A stretch of DNA of 64,000 nucleotides from NCBI GenBank assembly GCA_028534125.1, contig CM052817.1:42100001-42164000 (forward strand). The letters are read 5' to 3'. The translations under genes were made by a program, and so were the position numbers. Positions 12,481-24,740 of the stretch are shown here, piece after piece. Source of the stretch: Lama glama (lineage: Eukaryota). Each line of letters opens with the position of its first letter. The stretch's first letter is position 1. The notes under the pieces are model-generated. The model saw only the letters and a program-made list of their open reading frames with translations. It had not been told where the DNA came from and made no database searches.

Positions 12481-12712
12481 CATTCATTTTGCTGTGGGAT
12501 CTAGAGGGGCAGAGCAAGAGCAACTCAGTCAGTTCTTTCCCATACCAAACTAATAACTCCTCATCTTTGGCAATCCTGCGGAGAGAGCGGTAAAACAGCT
12601 GTCCGTTTTTTATATAGGCTTCAAGGTTCTGCTCTTCTTTATCTCTGGCTGATTGGACCAGACGCAACCACATGAGACCTTCTGAGGAACCATTCGCCGC
12701 TGAGGTGTCTAC
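12481..12712 (-). CDS. PRDM8: PRDM8 coding exon 2 (232 nt, C-terminal half of the PR/SET domain)
   Basis: Translates VDTSAANGSSEGLMWLRLVQSARDKEEQNLEAY...DEELLVWYG..., with the PR-domain ELLVWY motif. Acceptor ctgtag|GTA, donor ATG|gtaggt, phase 1. Confidence 0.97.
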
Positions 12713-13710
12713 CTACAGTGTAGAGACAAGAAAGAATACAAGAAGGGAGGGGCCGAGGGAGACTTTTTGTGAGACTTCTATGGCCATGGGAGCCAGGGCC
12801 ATTTCTCCTTATTCTTTTCCAATGAATTATCTGAGATCAAGCTTCCAAAAACTTGACCCAAGTTGGCACCCACCCTCATGTTTGTCACCAGCAGGCAGGA
12901 TGACATCCCTTGCAAGCTGAATCAATTATATATAGATCATTTAAGTCGTTGTTTTCATACACTGGCTGAACAACATATGAAGACGTTCCTTCCTACAATC
13001 CAAATTAGTGTTAACCTCTTGAGAATTGATTTCTTAATTACCCCATTGCAAAAGTATGGGGGATTTTGTTCGTTTTACAAGTAAAAAGCAAGCTTAGATC
13101 TTATCAATTATTCTGTGGCATTCACTTATCTTCCTAATTTTGGCTTAAACAATTAATAGTTTTTATTTGTAAAGAAAGAATAGGAAATGAGGACTTTTCA
13201 CACTCAAATATATGGCTTTAATGATGTTTTACTGTCAAACCATTAACATTTTTATCTAAATATGAACTCTTGACACTAGCTAGCTTTACCAGCAAGAGTA
13301 ATACTCCCAGGAACAAGAGACCTCGGGGGTTGGAAGGCAAATGCACCCAATATTTATAATTAAAGTACTTATAGAAAGTACTTAGTATGCAAATAGCCAC
13401 AACCCTAGTGGAATCTCCCAAAGAGTTAAGGAAGTTGTGTTCATGTCCAGGAAAGCTCAGAACTGAGGCACTGATTTAGACATATCTGGCATTCAAAATC
13501 AAATTTTGTCATTTATTTCAGAAAATCAGTTGACAATAATTTGAGTTTAATTTCCCTTTCCTAATTTTTGGTGTGTAAGATAAAATGTGTTCTCACATCA
13601 TTGCATTTTCAGATTTCAGAAGCTGCCTCAGCTTGTCATCAAAATGACTATTAGTTCATTTTCAACAGGATATTACCCTCATACCCTACGTAGCATCAGC
13701 CAAGACTTAC

Positions 13711-13929
13711 CCGGAAGATATAAGGGACTGTTCTCTTGTCGGTGGACTTTAGAGCTATGAAAGCTATGCTGTCATACAGGGAAGTATGGCTCAGGACACA
13801 GGGACCAAATATAGCGTTCTCAGGGATGTCACAGGTAGTGTAAACGCTGGTAAAAATATCTGTCAGGCATTGTTGGACAGCCTTGGCATCTCCATCCCAG
13901 ATGCCTCGCGGGATGCCCGAATCCTCCAT
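13711..13929 (-). CDS. PRDM8: PRDM8 coding exon 1 (73 codons, N-terminal half of the PR/SET domain)
   Basis: Translates MEDSGIPRGIWDGDAKAVQQCLTDIFTSVYTTCDIPENAIFGPC...VPYIFR, matching the PRDM8 N-terminus. Acceptor tctccag|TGATG (exon starts at 13931), donor CGG|gtaagt at 13710, phase 0. Confidence 0.97.
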
Positions 13930-16197
13930 CACTGGAGACAGATACAAAGGACAGTGGAAGCAAATTACATTACTCCTTTTGCCTCTATGAATCCAGGAAG
14001 AATATTTTAACTACTAGACAGATTTTTCTTGAATTTGCCTGAATTTTCCATAGCTCTTATTTCAGAAATAAAGCCAACAGCAGATTAAATCTGGCATATT
14101 TTGAAGATGCCAACTAAGAGTACTTTCTTTTCCTTTAAAAATTAAAAAAAAATATTTCAATGGGGGAGCTCAGAGTGGAGTGATTGCTTGAGAGAAAGAA
14201 AAACAGAGGGTTAGGAAAGAGAAGATCGCTTTTTTGTTTTACCTTGGGGGAGAATGGGGCAGGGTTGGGGGGAAGTTGGAGACTAGGGGAGAACAATAGG
14301 ATATTTTACTAGACTATTGACTTTCCAGACTGAAAGAAACTTTTAACCCTTAGAAGAAAGCTCCTCTCATCTCCTATTATGTATTGAACTGGGTGCCCAG
14401 GAGCTGATTTTATTATTATTATTTTTTCTTCCAAAGAGGGAAGCAGCATTAGCAAGCAGGCGGAGACAGCGGAGCATGGCGAATGGATTTCAAGTGGAGT
14501 GTCAGGGCCACTGATTCGGTGTCAGCTAACCTTTCTCTGCAGCCTACAAGAGGGGACGTATGTCTGCTCATTACCATAATCCAACACTGTCCCTCTGAGG
14601 CTTTAATTAAAAGCAGCGAGCAGAGGTAATTATTTTTTTCTCGACATGCTTATTTATGGATGAGGGTGAATCCCAGTTACCTTGTTATACAAGGGGGTGG
14701 ATAGAGTCGCATGCGCCTCATGAAGTGAGCAGGTACAGGGCAGGCCTGAAGTGTCCCCTGTCTGAAATACCGCGTGCGTAATGACTGGTGAATTCCTGCT
14801 TTCCCAGATAGGACCCTGTCTAGGCAAGAGAGGGCAGCCCTGCTTGAGTAGACCTCGGTGGGCTCTCCAGCTGTTTAATCCTGAGCAATCTAGAAAGTAA
14901 TGCCCCAATGGAGGGCTCTCTATTAAGCTGTCATAAAGAGACATTTTTCCTTCCTTTACCGCTGGACACCCCCCCACAAGACTTATCATTAAACGAACAA
15001 ACAAACAAAACAGATATTTAAATTTTAAAGTAGCTTTGAAGTAACTGCATTGTTCACTCTTTCTGACTGATTAAAAGATTCTCTCAAGTTGGTTTTTCCC
15101 CAATAACGTGGCAATGATTTATGTATTTTTGTATAATTTAAGAAGCAGGAAAGAAGAGACCGAATTCTTTTCCTAAGAAGCTTTTTTTTTATGAAATTAT
15201 ACGAGTAATGTCCATTTTTATCTTAATGTCTATTAACCAATTAATCTTGCAGATGTGATTACAAGATAGTGCTTTTTTTTTTCCTTTCCAGCTAACAGAG
15301 CATGAAACTTTGGTCAGCTCTTTCCCATTCACTCTGCTATATCCTTCAAATGTCAAGTATCTGCCAGACAGGAATAAGAGAAAAATATCCACAAAGTGGG
15401 AACTTATTTTATTGTGCTACAGCGTCTATCCCTGGGCATTTTTACCCAACACGAGGTAGCCTTTTTCATCTCCAGTTGCAAATTTAGACACATTTTAAAA
15501 ATCCCTCAGAAGCTCTCAGAACCTCCTTTTCAACGGAGTCCTATTCTCTCCTTTTTCAATTTCTTCAATTCAGCGTTTTATGCCCCAATTTTTCTCTTCC
15601 TTTTAAAAGTCTCTTTCACACAAGCGTTTCATTGTGCCGGGAGGTCGCCCCGTCACTTCGGGCAACAGCAGGGACGCAATCATTAAAATGCAGTTCTACC
15701 TAACAATACGGTGAAAAGATCCTCGCTACGCCGAGCTAATAGGAGTTCGCTTCGCCGCGGCGGCCGCCACGAGCCTCGAGCCGGTCACAAAACTGCTGGG
15801 CGACGCTTGGGCTCTGTCGCCCGCATGCGGCCGCCTTTGCCACCCAACCTTTCACAGCTCAGCATCCTCCTCTAGGCCCGGGTTCTCAGGCGCCCGGGGG
15901 ACCCTCCCAGAGCCGGCTGGGCTCGCCGAAAGCCGTCGCTGCCGCCTGCCGTTCGCCCTCTCCCGTAGGCAGGCATTGTCTGGCGGCCGCGCGCTCCCCA
16001 GTCCCTTGCTTCTTGGGCAAAGTGCTCTCCACCCACTCCTCCCTTTGTATAACCCTACCCTACTGGAAGTGGAGAGCCCCTCAACAATTATTTCCCCCCT
16101 CTTCTGGATAATGAGGAGACGGCGGACAACATTTTCCACTCTTCCCATCAAACCTGCCTTCCTCCCATCCCCCTCCTCCATCAATGCAAATACTTAC

Positions 16198-16465
16198 CAG
16201 GAATAAGGTCAGGATCAAATCGACCAAATAAGGCCACCTGGAACCAGGAGATGCAATCGAGTGTTTCTTTTGCCTATTGTATCAGTGTATTTCCATGTCA
16301 AGAGGTGTTGGTGTTGCTGTCGTGTAGGCTCTGCCTAAAGAGAGGAGAGAGATGGAGAGATGAGGAGAGAGAAATGAGGGGAGAGTAAGAGGAGAGAGAG
16401 AGAGAGAGAGCGCCAGAGAGAGAGAGAAGAGAGTTGTACAGATGGACCCGATGCAGTGACTGACT
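16198..16465 (-). other. PRDM8: PRDM8 proximal non-coding 5' exon, with an internal acceptor at 16334 usable by upstream isoforms
   Basis: Strong donor CTG|gtaagt at 16197. Initiator-like ccAgtcAgtcAct at 16457-16465. A long CT tract ends in ctttag|gcag. TSS approximate. Confidence 0.75.
16338..16432. repeat. GA-rich polypurine tract
   Basis: Read directly. Confidence 0.9.
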
Positions 16466-16700
16466 GGCACGCAGACACACACTTTTTGTTTGCTGCACAT
16501 AATCTGCCCAATGACGCGTGACAGCCCACGTCCCCTCCCTTTAACTCTTTGCTGGGCTGGCGCTCCCTCCGGCGCTGCCTGCCTGGAAGCGATCTCTCCG
16601 GCCTGCCCGCGCCCCGCTGCCCCTGAGCGCCTGCCCCAAGTGGAAACGCCTCTCAGAGAGCGGCCCTGCCCGCCACCTCCTTAAAGCCTCGGCCCTCTGG
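16466..16700 (-). promoter_or_regulatory. PRDM8 proximal promoter
   Basis: CCAAT at 16508-16512 overlapping TGACG/CACGCG (CRE half-site, HES-type box), with GC-rich CpG sequence just upstream of the Inr-like motif. Confidence 0.6.
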
Positions 16701-17831
16701 GACTGGTAGGGGGAAATCAGTTTCGGGGTCGGAAAGGGAAGTACCAAAAGACCTGGAGAGGGCCTTTTACTGTTTCGACTGGCACTGGGAGAACCTCTGG
16801 TAGAGAGCTGGCCACTCAGCACACGCACGGACCCCGTGTTCATTTCCAGAGTCTGAGTTCTGTGAAGGGGGTGGGGGGAGGAGTGTGGATTAGTCCCAAG
16901 GGATTCTCCGGTCCTTGAGCCGCGGCTGATGTGCGCAGCTAGTTGCCTGGGGGTGATAAACGTGCACCAGCTCTATCTAGGAGCGCTCACACTACCAAGC
17001 CTTTAGGAGCAAGATTCAGAAAGGATGCGCTTTGGCGAGAACTTGGCTCAGTCTTTCCTTGAAAACGGAGATGGGTAAGGAGGATGTTGTGGGAACGCTG
17101 CCAGACCTCGGAAGGGGATTTACAGGGATCTTCTGGTCCCAGGACACAAGTGCTTGACCGGGGAAGAAGTGAAGAGGAGATGGGTGGCAGGAACCCAGGT
17201 TACGGGGACACCAACTCTTCCTGCTCTTCCGCCTCTGCCTGGCGCGTGCTGCACAGGGGGTCCCTTGCCGTGGGCGGTCGGTATTCTAAGACCCCTGGGG
17301 TTGCGGAGGATAAGTTAAAGTAAAAATTATTACCGGGATGGGCTCCGGAGAGCTTTTCACTTTCAGCAGGTGGTGAAAGAGCGGATGGAGTTGCCGAGCC
17401 CGTCTCGGGAGCCTCGTTTGTGCGCTAAGCCACTTAGAGGCGCTGGCTTGCCCCTTTAGTGCAGCAGCTGATGCTAATGACTTGAGGTCTTTAACAGCCT
17501 GAAAGTTGACTCCTTCAACAGAGGTCGCAACACATTTTTGCTGGGGGTTCTCGGGATTCTTTTTCGACATTTAACTCTCTGCTCCTAAGGGAAGAAAGAC
17601 TTTTGAGTCGTATAGAGAGTCCCACTCCCTCAGCCCCACCCACAACACCACTACATTGAAGAGGGCAATTTGTTAGCTTTAGGATAAATAGGACGTGTAG
17701 CCGGCTAAAGTGGACGAAGCAGAACCACTATGTAAGGAGACAGCCTCATTTTTTAGCCAGTGCTGAAATAAGGTAAGTGGATTGGGGTTGGCAAAAAGTA
17801 GTTTAAAAGGGAAAGATGTGTACAGTGTTAC

Positions 17832-17912
17832 CTTGATACTCTCCTGGCTCCGAGACCTCCCTCCGGAACCCACTGAAGCAGCGAGGCACGAAGTGCCTTC
17901 CCTTGCTGGCAC
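17832..17912 (-). other. Candidate 81-nt internal 5' exon of a distal PRDM8 isoform
   Basis: Acceptor cctccttgttgtag|GT and donor AAG|gtaaca. No transcript evidence available. Confidence 0.35.
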
Positions 17913-18638
17913 CTACAACAAGGAGGCCCGGAAAGGATTTTGCTGAGGAGAAATTTTTTTAAATGTGTAAAGAATTTCCCACTGAGTTCTCTTCTTCTCT
18001 CTCTCCTCCCTTCTCTTTTCACCCAGCAGCCCTGGTCAGCCTCCCCACATAAGTTCCTTCTGATCGGACAGAGCCCCTTGCCTAGGATTAAGCTGGGACT
18101 TGGAGAAAGAAGAGTTGCAAGATCCTCATATACCAGGGAGGAAGGGGAGAATTCTTCCTGAATTTCCAGGTTAGCTATTGACTTTTCAAATAAACCTTCT
18201 CAAACTGCAGCTGTCCTTCATCTTAACATATCATTCCTCTTATGCATGTGTGCACACTTTTAAATAGTTTGGCCAAGGGCAACTCATGTAACGACCAAGA
18301 CTCAATGCTGAGGGCTCTCATGTATTTCTATATAAGAATCTGCAAAGTTATTTAGCCACCAATTGGCTTATAACTGGGTGCTCCACTCATTACCCCCCCC
18401 CACAAAGCATCCCCCCATCACTTGTTTAAAGAAAGAATGGTGGGATTGGAAATGTCAAAAGAATTGCCTGAAACATCTGAAAAATAACTTGCAGTGTTAA
18501 AGAATTCACTTACATGAATTCAGAGAAGAAATGGAAAAAGAAAGGGCAGGAGACATGCAGGTGTAAAAATCCCCAGCAAATTAAGATAAAGAAGTAGCCA
18601 TAAGAGAGTTGTGGTCCCTTAGAAACTACAGCAATGGG

Positions 18639-18660
18639 GTGTGTGTGTGTGTGTGTGTGT
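18639..18660. repeat. (GT)n microsatellite
   Basis: Read directly. Confidence 0.9.
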
Positions 18661-20008
18661 AGCAGTGTCTTTGAACTAATTCCATTAAACTGTTGAACAG
18701 AACACTCCTTAGAGTCTTTCCCAGGACAAGTCATCTGTCCATGCAAGCCATTTTTAAAAATCCTCCTACATATTGTAAATATAAAAGCACCCACTGCAGT
18801 ATATGGGCATTCTTACGCTTAAGCTCTAAATGGCAGGCATTTTTCCTTTCCCTAGCCTTTCCTTTCTTAAATATAAAGGGCACTAAGACTATGTCTCCTT
18901 TGAGGTACTGAAACCTAGACTCTGATTTGTATAAAATAACAAAGGTTTTTGGTATTTAAATTGGGAATGAGGGAGTTTGACCTTCTAAGTCTAGAAAATA
19001 ATTAAGATTCTGTACATCCAAGAGGGGAGTTATATAATGAGAATCTGGCCATCAGATATCTCTTCTTAGTTTCACTTATTTGCTGCTCACTTAGATTTCC
19101 CCTACTGATTTTAGATTAAATGCCCAAATAAAAGAATTTCCTACATTTTATGAATCCAACTAACTCTTTGTCTTAGGTATTAAATGATTCACATAACAAA
19201 AAAAATTAGTAAGATTAGCTTTGAAATTTCTACTTTGAAGGTTTTCCAATTTTTAAAGTGGTACATATTTTGCTAGGTAATATAAATGATCTAAATGAAA
19301 ATTGTTAATGGGAGGTAAAGAAAATCTACAGATTATTTTTATTTCTCTAGAAATGTATGGGTTAAAATGGTACATAAACTACTTTTAGATCATTCTGCAT
19401 TATTACTTACTGGAATTCACTGACACTAATGAAGGGCTGAAGCACTTATTCAGCCCCAACCAGTACTATAAAAATGCATCTCAGTCAATGGTTTTATCTA
19501 ATTCAATGGAACAATGGGTTTATGCATATATTTGGAGCTCTTTTCCCTGGGATTTTATTTCCAATTAAACGATTAGAGGGATGACAATGAAGAGTGAGGG
19601 TATTTTTGCCTTGCTCCACTTTAACATGGCTTCTGGCAGTTATGGTAAAAAATACATGTGTAGACAACTGCAGTATTGTTTTGGAAGAGAAGGCTGGAGA
19701 GAGGTTGATGAATGATTCCCGAGGTGGTGCCTTTTATGACTTAAGTGGGAGGGTGGAGAAAGGGTAAGAAAGGAAATCTGATTCTTGAGAGTATTTGAAT
19801 GGAAATGTCGTTTCTCCTCCCAGGGTAGAGAGAAATGGGGCCCCAAATATCTCAACTTCTGTGATAGGAGGCAGGCGAAGTCTCTAAGAACAACCTACTC
19901 AGAAGGATTATTACTTTATAAGAATGAAAACATTGTTTTTCTTTTTTCTATCGTTATAGATCCTGGCTCATCCCCCTCTAATCATATCACCAAAGCACGA
20001 CACAAACA

Positions 20009-20011
<3 letters not shown>

Positions 20012-20045
<34 letters not shown>
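20012..20045. repeat. (CA)n microsatellite
   Basis: Read directly. Confidence 0.9.
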
Positions 20046-20047
<2 letters not shown>

Positions 20048-22309
20048 ATATTTACATATTCACACTGGAAGACAAGAGGATGCCAAAGAAGCAGACAGAC
20101 AGTGGAGAATTTTTCCTAAACTTATTAATTTCCCACAGGGAGGTCTCTGGAAAGGGCTTATGAGGAGACTGGGGGAGGCAGAGAGTAACTTCATGGAGGG
20201 GTATTGCATTGTCTAGCCTCACCATGGAGAGTAAGGAACTTTCTAAGGGATAACTTAGAGCCAAGAAGAGGCAGACTTGCTGAGCTGAATAAAGGTTTAC
20301 GTGGATGGGGAGGGGGCACTTTGTTTTTAATAAGTATACATGGCAATCCCATTGTGGGCCTGTTCCTTAGCAAGGATTACAGTGGGTTCAATAGCTGATA
20401 AATGAATTAATCTTTCCTAGGCTCATTCTGGGCCAGCCAGAGATGCAAAAGATGGATAAGATTATAGCCAGGGTCCCAACTGCTGGGATCATTACTCCTG
20501 ACACATTTTTCTCTCTTTCTCAATCAATGTTAACTGTTTTTCATGCTGCTGCTACTACTGTAACTATTGTCATCATGGTTATAACCTACCTTTCTCAAGT
20601 TTAAAACCTTCTATCTGAGGGATCTCAAGTTCCACTTGCCCTTCTGCTGGAGTTCAGCTTTGAGCTGGATAGTCTTTGAGAGCTTTGTTTAATTCATTTT
20701 CTCTCCTGGATCTAAGTTGTAGTCAGCTGGCTTAATGGCTTCTGGGTATGACTTCTAGCAGGACAAACTGGTGCTATTGAAAGCACCACAGGTCTGAAAT
20801 CAATGTCTCATGCGGTGACAAAGTAACCTGTGAGCCAGATCTAATATCCAGCATCCTGACCCCCTGGACTCTCCCAGATTTTGTACCCCTCTCCAGATGA
20901 ATGGCTAGAGATCTGGCAAGGAATTTTCTATCAAATCTGCAGGTTACAAAGTCCTTCCCAGAATTATACATACAGTCTTTGAATATCTCTTAGTAGGAGG
21001 GGTAGGGTAGGAGGAAGGAAATGTAGGCAGTCAGCCACTCTGAGACTCCTTGCCCTCTGGGCCAGGCTCTCTAGGGAGACTGGGGCCGAAGGGGTGTCCA
21101 GTAGTCTCAAGTGGGAGGGAGCATCAGATTTTGAGAAGACTGATTCTAGGCTGTGGGAATGTCATCAAGGTGAGAGGCTCTACATCAGATTTCTTTACAA
21201 AGCCAGGAAAAGGGACATTATCCCAATACCTGGTACCTGAATGTCTAGTTCCTGAGTTAAAAGAGAGATGCTTATTGAAACACAGTGGGTTCCCACTGGG
21301 CAGATTTTCGATTCCCTGGCACCTGATCACAGCTGGCCCTCTGAAGTATGGACTTAGATTATAAACTGGGCTGCTGGCAGATAAGCAGCATAAAGCAATC
21401 CTCTCCTGGAAAGCGGGTCTAGGCAGAACACACACATGCCCAGGACTTTCTAGCTTGGAATCCATCCACTGCACTTTCCTGAAGCCGGAGGAAAGACACA
21501 TTTGATTTTCTCCAAGGAAAAGGGAGGCAAGAAATAAAAGGAATGAAAATGACTAGGGGAGTAGATATCAATCAGTGACCAGAACAGTGATGATTCACAT
21601 TGCTTTGTTAGAGCCTTGGAAATACAGTTTAGTTTTATCACAAACTATGTTCTTATACCCAAAGCACTCCCCTGGTTGTATTGTCAATTGGACCGTTTGA
21701 GTGAAAACCACCTTTCATGATTTCATTTCAAATGAATTGCAGGTGTTTCATAATTAAATCCAGGAGTGTTAATCTAGCATCAATGGGGGAATGTCTCCCT
21801 AAATATTAAATGAAAGGCCTATAGCTTTTAACAGGTTTACATAAGCACTAAAAAACTACCAATGTAGGTCTTTTTTCCATTCTAATACTTAGGAGAAGCT
21901 GTCTGTTAAGGAATTCAAAGATCAGCTTGTCACAAACAATATTAACAGCATGACTACTATAAACAATATTGTATACACATTACAAAGCGGCAAAAATAAT
22001 AGGGGGATTGAAAATTTTATTTGTTCTCTTGAACTTACTGATTGAAAAGCCAATTTCCAGATTGATTTGATAGTCTTATGATGATGTAATATAAAGGTAG
22101 CCAAGATATAATTCATAACATCCTCTAAAGTTTTAAGGAAAACCCATATATAAAAAATAAACATTATCCTGAATTATAAAATATATCATTCACAAATTCC
22201 TAAGAAGAATAAACATATTGAATTTAAAAACCTGGATGTTGAGTTTCCTGAAGGCCTCAAACCCAATTTAGGTCTGAACAATTTTATACCTGATCAGACA
22301 TGGTTCTCT

Positions 22310-22351
22310 CTGTGTGTGTATATGTGTGTGTGTGTGTGTGAGAGAGAGAGA
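22310..22351. repeat. Compound (GT)n(GA)n microsatellite
   Basis: Read directly. Confidence 0.85.
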
Positions 22352-23469
22352 CTTTTCTTGGCTGCATGTCTACATAGTCACTTCTCCCTGTTGCTTGTTT
22401 TCATGTAAAATGGTTTTAAGAAAATAGTTTGTATTAAGTTATATAGGAGAACATTCGGTCTTGGAGAGGCAAAACAATAGAGTTCTAAAAATATATTTTA
22501 TACATATGATTTATTATCAAGTACCTTGTGTATGTGATCAGTTGTCTCATAGCATTAGCTACATTCTAGAGTCAGTTTACCTGAGGCCCTAGGAAGTTAA
22601 TGTTTCCAGACAGGGATCCTCTGAATTTGTGAAAATATCCCGGGGAAAGTCAATCCTCTGAGAGTGCAGCTGGTTCCATTTCTTATCTGGGGGACTGAAT
22701 TAGCTTTTCTACCCCTGAAGCCACTCACATCTGAGTTTGGGCCTAACGTTTGGGCCTCAGGGCAAAGCAGGGAAGTGCTTGCTAGCCACAGACAATTCCT
22801 GATGTCTGGATTCTCTGGTGCCCGTATCTCAGTAAAGGCATAGAGGGAAGAGTGCAGAGAAGGTCAAATGACAGACAGGCTCAGACGTGGGCTAATGAGA
22901 TCTTCCTGAGAGAGACTCAGGGAGGATACTACCTCGACCGTATCACAAGGGCAGACAACGCTCCCACTACATTTGGGAGGAGTCACTAAAGAATGACACT
23001 GAACGGGGCTTGGGCAGAACCAGACAAGCCCTGAGAGAAGGGTCACTCTTCTAGAAGCAGCATTAGCAAACCATGAAAGTGAGGCAGGAAGAAGACATGT
23101 GGCACTCTAGGTGCGCGACAGACACACCCTGGACTAAGCAGGGGGGAAGCATATGTAGACGTCCCCTTCCCCTCTTTTCCACGTTCTCCAGCCTCCTTCC
23201 CCCTCCCTGGAATTAGTGCCAACTCTTGCCTCCTGCTGAGACTGCTTTCCGTGTGGAAAGGCTTCTCGAGCTCTGGGCTTTCTGGGCAGCTCCTTTTACT
23301 CCAGCCCTCAGCCTCCATATGCCCCCTGCGTCCTCACTCGGCTCTCCCATCTCCCCACCAGCCCCCTTTCCAAGGGCACGGGTCTGTGTTTCGATCTCTC
23401 AGTAGCTGGGCTGCCTGTGACCTCCCTCAGCCTTTGTTTCCTCCTCAAACTAAGGATGCTGGCAAGAGG

Positions 23470-24740
23470 TGTCGCCAGGGTCGCGCGGAGGACTCACTGA
23501 GGGAACGAGGGCGAGCGGGGCGAGCGCGCTTTGGAAAGCCAGTTGCTGAGCAGATGGTAAGGGATTACATCCAAGAGCCGGGGTTAGTTTCATTTCAGCC
23601 TTGGACATCCCAGAGAGGTCTCAATGCCTTCATTAACGAACCTTCTCAGATGTCTAGAGAACTGACCCAAGAAGGACCAGCAACTCAGGTTCAGGCCACA
23701 ACTCCATCAGGAGAACTATAATGCATGGGTTCAAATCCGGGCCCGTGGCGCTGGGCAGATAATTCAATCTGTCCGTGCTTCAGTCCTTCATCTGAGGACC
23801 GAGGGTAATAAAGGGAACTCTTTTCACGAAGTTACCGAAGTTACCATGAGAGCTGAGTTGATATTTAGCAAGCGTAGAGAACAATGCCTGACACACAGTG
23901 AACAGCTATTTCGGTGCTGGCTATGTTACTGTTGGTAACACTGCCTTCGCTTCCTTCTCGGAAAATTTAAGAATTGTATTGTGCACCCGCTTTCAAAGCC
24001 ACTCAGTGAAGCCTGGGGATTTCTCGATGTTTCTAGGAAGGCTGGAAGGAGGTACCGGAGAATAAAGTAAGTAGGCGGGAGGAATGCGTCCAGGTGTTCA
24101 GGAACCCCCTCCCTCTACCACCCAAGGAAGGGCCCAAACACAGAATACAGAAGAGCGAGCAGTTCTCAGCCGGGAGGCTGGGAGACGGGACTTCCATCCC
24201 TCACCAGCCGGGAGTCCTTTCTTTAGATCTGGCAGCCGCGCCACGTTACAGGCGCTGGGAGGTCCGGCGGCGAGGGCAGAGGGCTCAAGCAGTCCCACCT
24301 CGCGCAACAAGAAGCCTGTAAACGCATCGCTGGTTGACTCCACTGCCGCGGCCGGAAAGCCAAAGCCTGGCGGGGCAGAGAAGCCTGGGGCCCGGGCCGC
24401 CCGCCCCGAGCAGGGCCTCGGGCCTCGGGGCGGAGCGGCCCCTCCCCTTCCTCGAAGGGCGGCGGCTCGGACGCAGGCGGGGCGCGAGGCGGGGTGGGCC
24501 GCCCAGGACCACCCGTACGCACTCCAGCCCGGGGAGCAGGTCGGAACGAGGCGCCGCCACCCGGGCCTCCGCCACGCCCAGGCCTGGGGCTGGGCGGGTT
24601 CCACGCCCGCCGCCTTCAGGCCCCGCCCCGACGCCCGCACGCGGTCTGCGCGGGGCATTGTGGGCCGCACCTACGACGGAGCCCCGGGTCGGGCCCGGCT
24701 ACCTCAGCCCTGAGCCGGCGGGTCACTACCCGACACCTGC
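23470..24740. promoter_or_regulatory. Upstream CpG island
   Basis: Dense CpG with GC boxes (ggggcggag, ccccgcccc) at 24200-24720. Confidence 0.8.
23725..23930 (+). mobile_element. MIR SINE inside a CpG island
   Basis: gggttcaaatcc...tgggcagataatt...cttcagtccttcatctg...aacaatgcctgacaca. Confidence 0.7.

Larger units (their letters stand above)
15630..17450. promoter_or_regulatory. CpG-rich region flanking the proximal promoter
   Basis: CpG clusters at 15630-16000 and 16500-17450. Confidence 0.7.

Noticed and set aside
13930..13947. Upstream start MYLSPV in the ORF track
   Set aside because: Non-ATG start lying in the intron's polypyrimidine tract; the real ATG is at 13929.
16815..16835. RE1-like TCAGCAC...GGACCC near the promoter
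   Set aside because: The right half-site is poor and the spacing is atypical.
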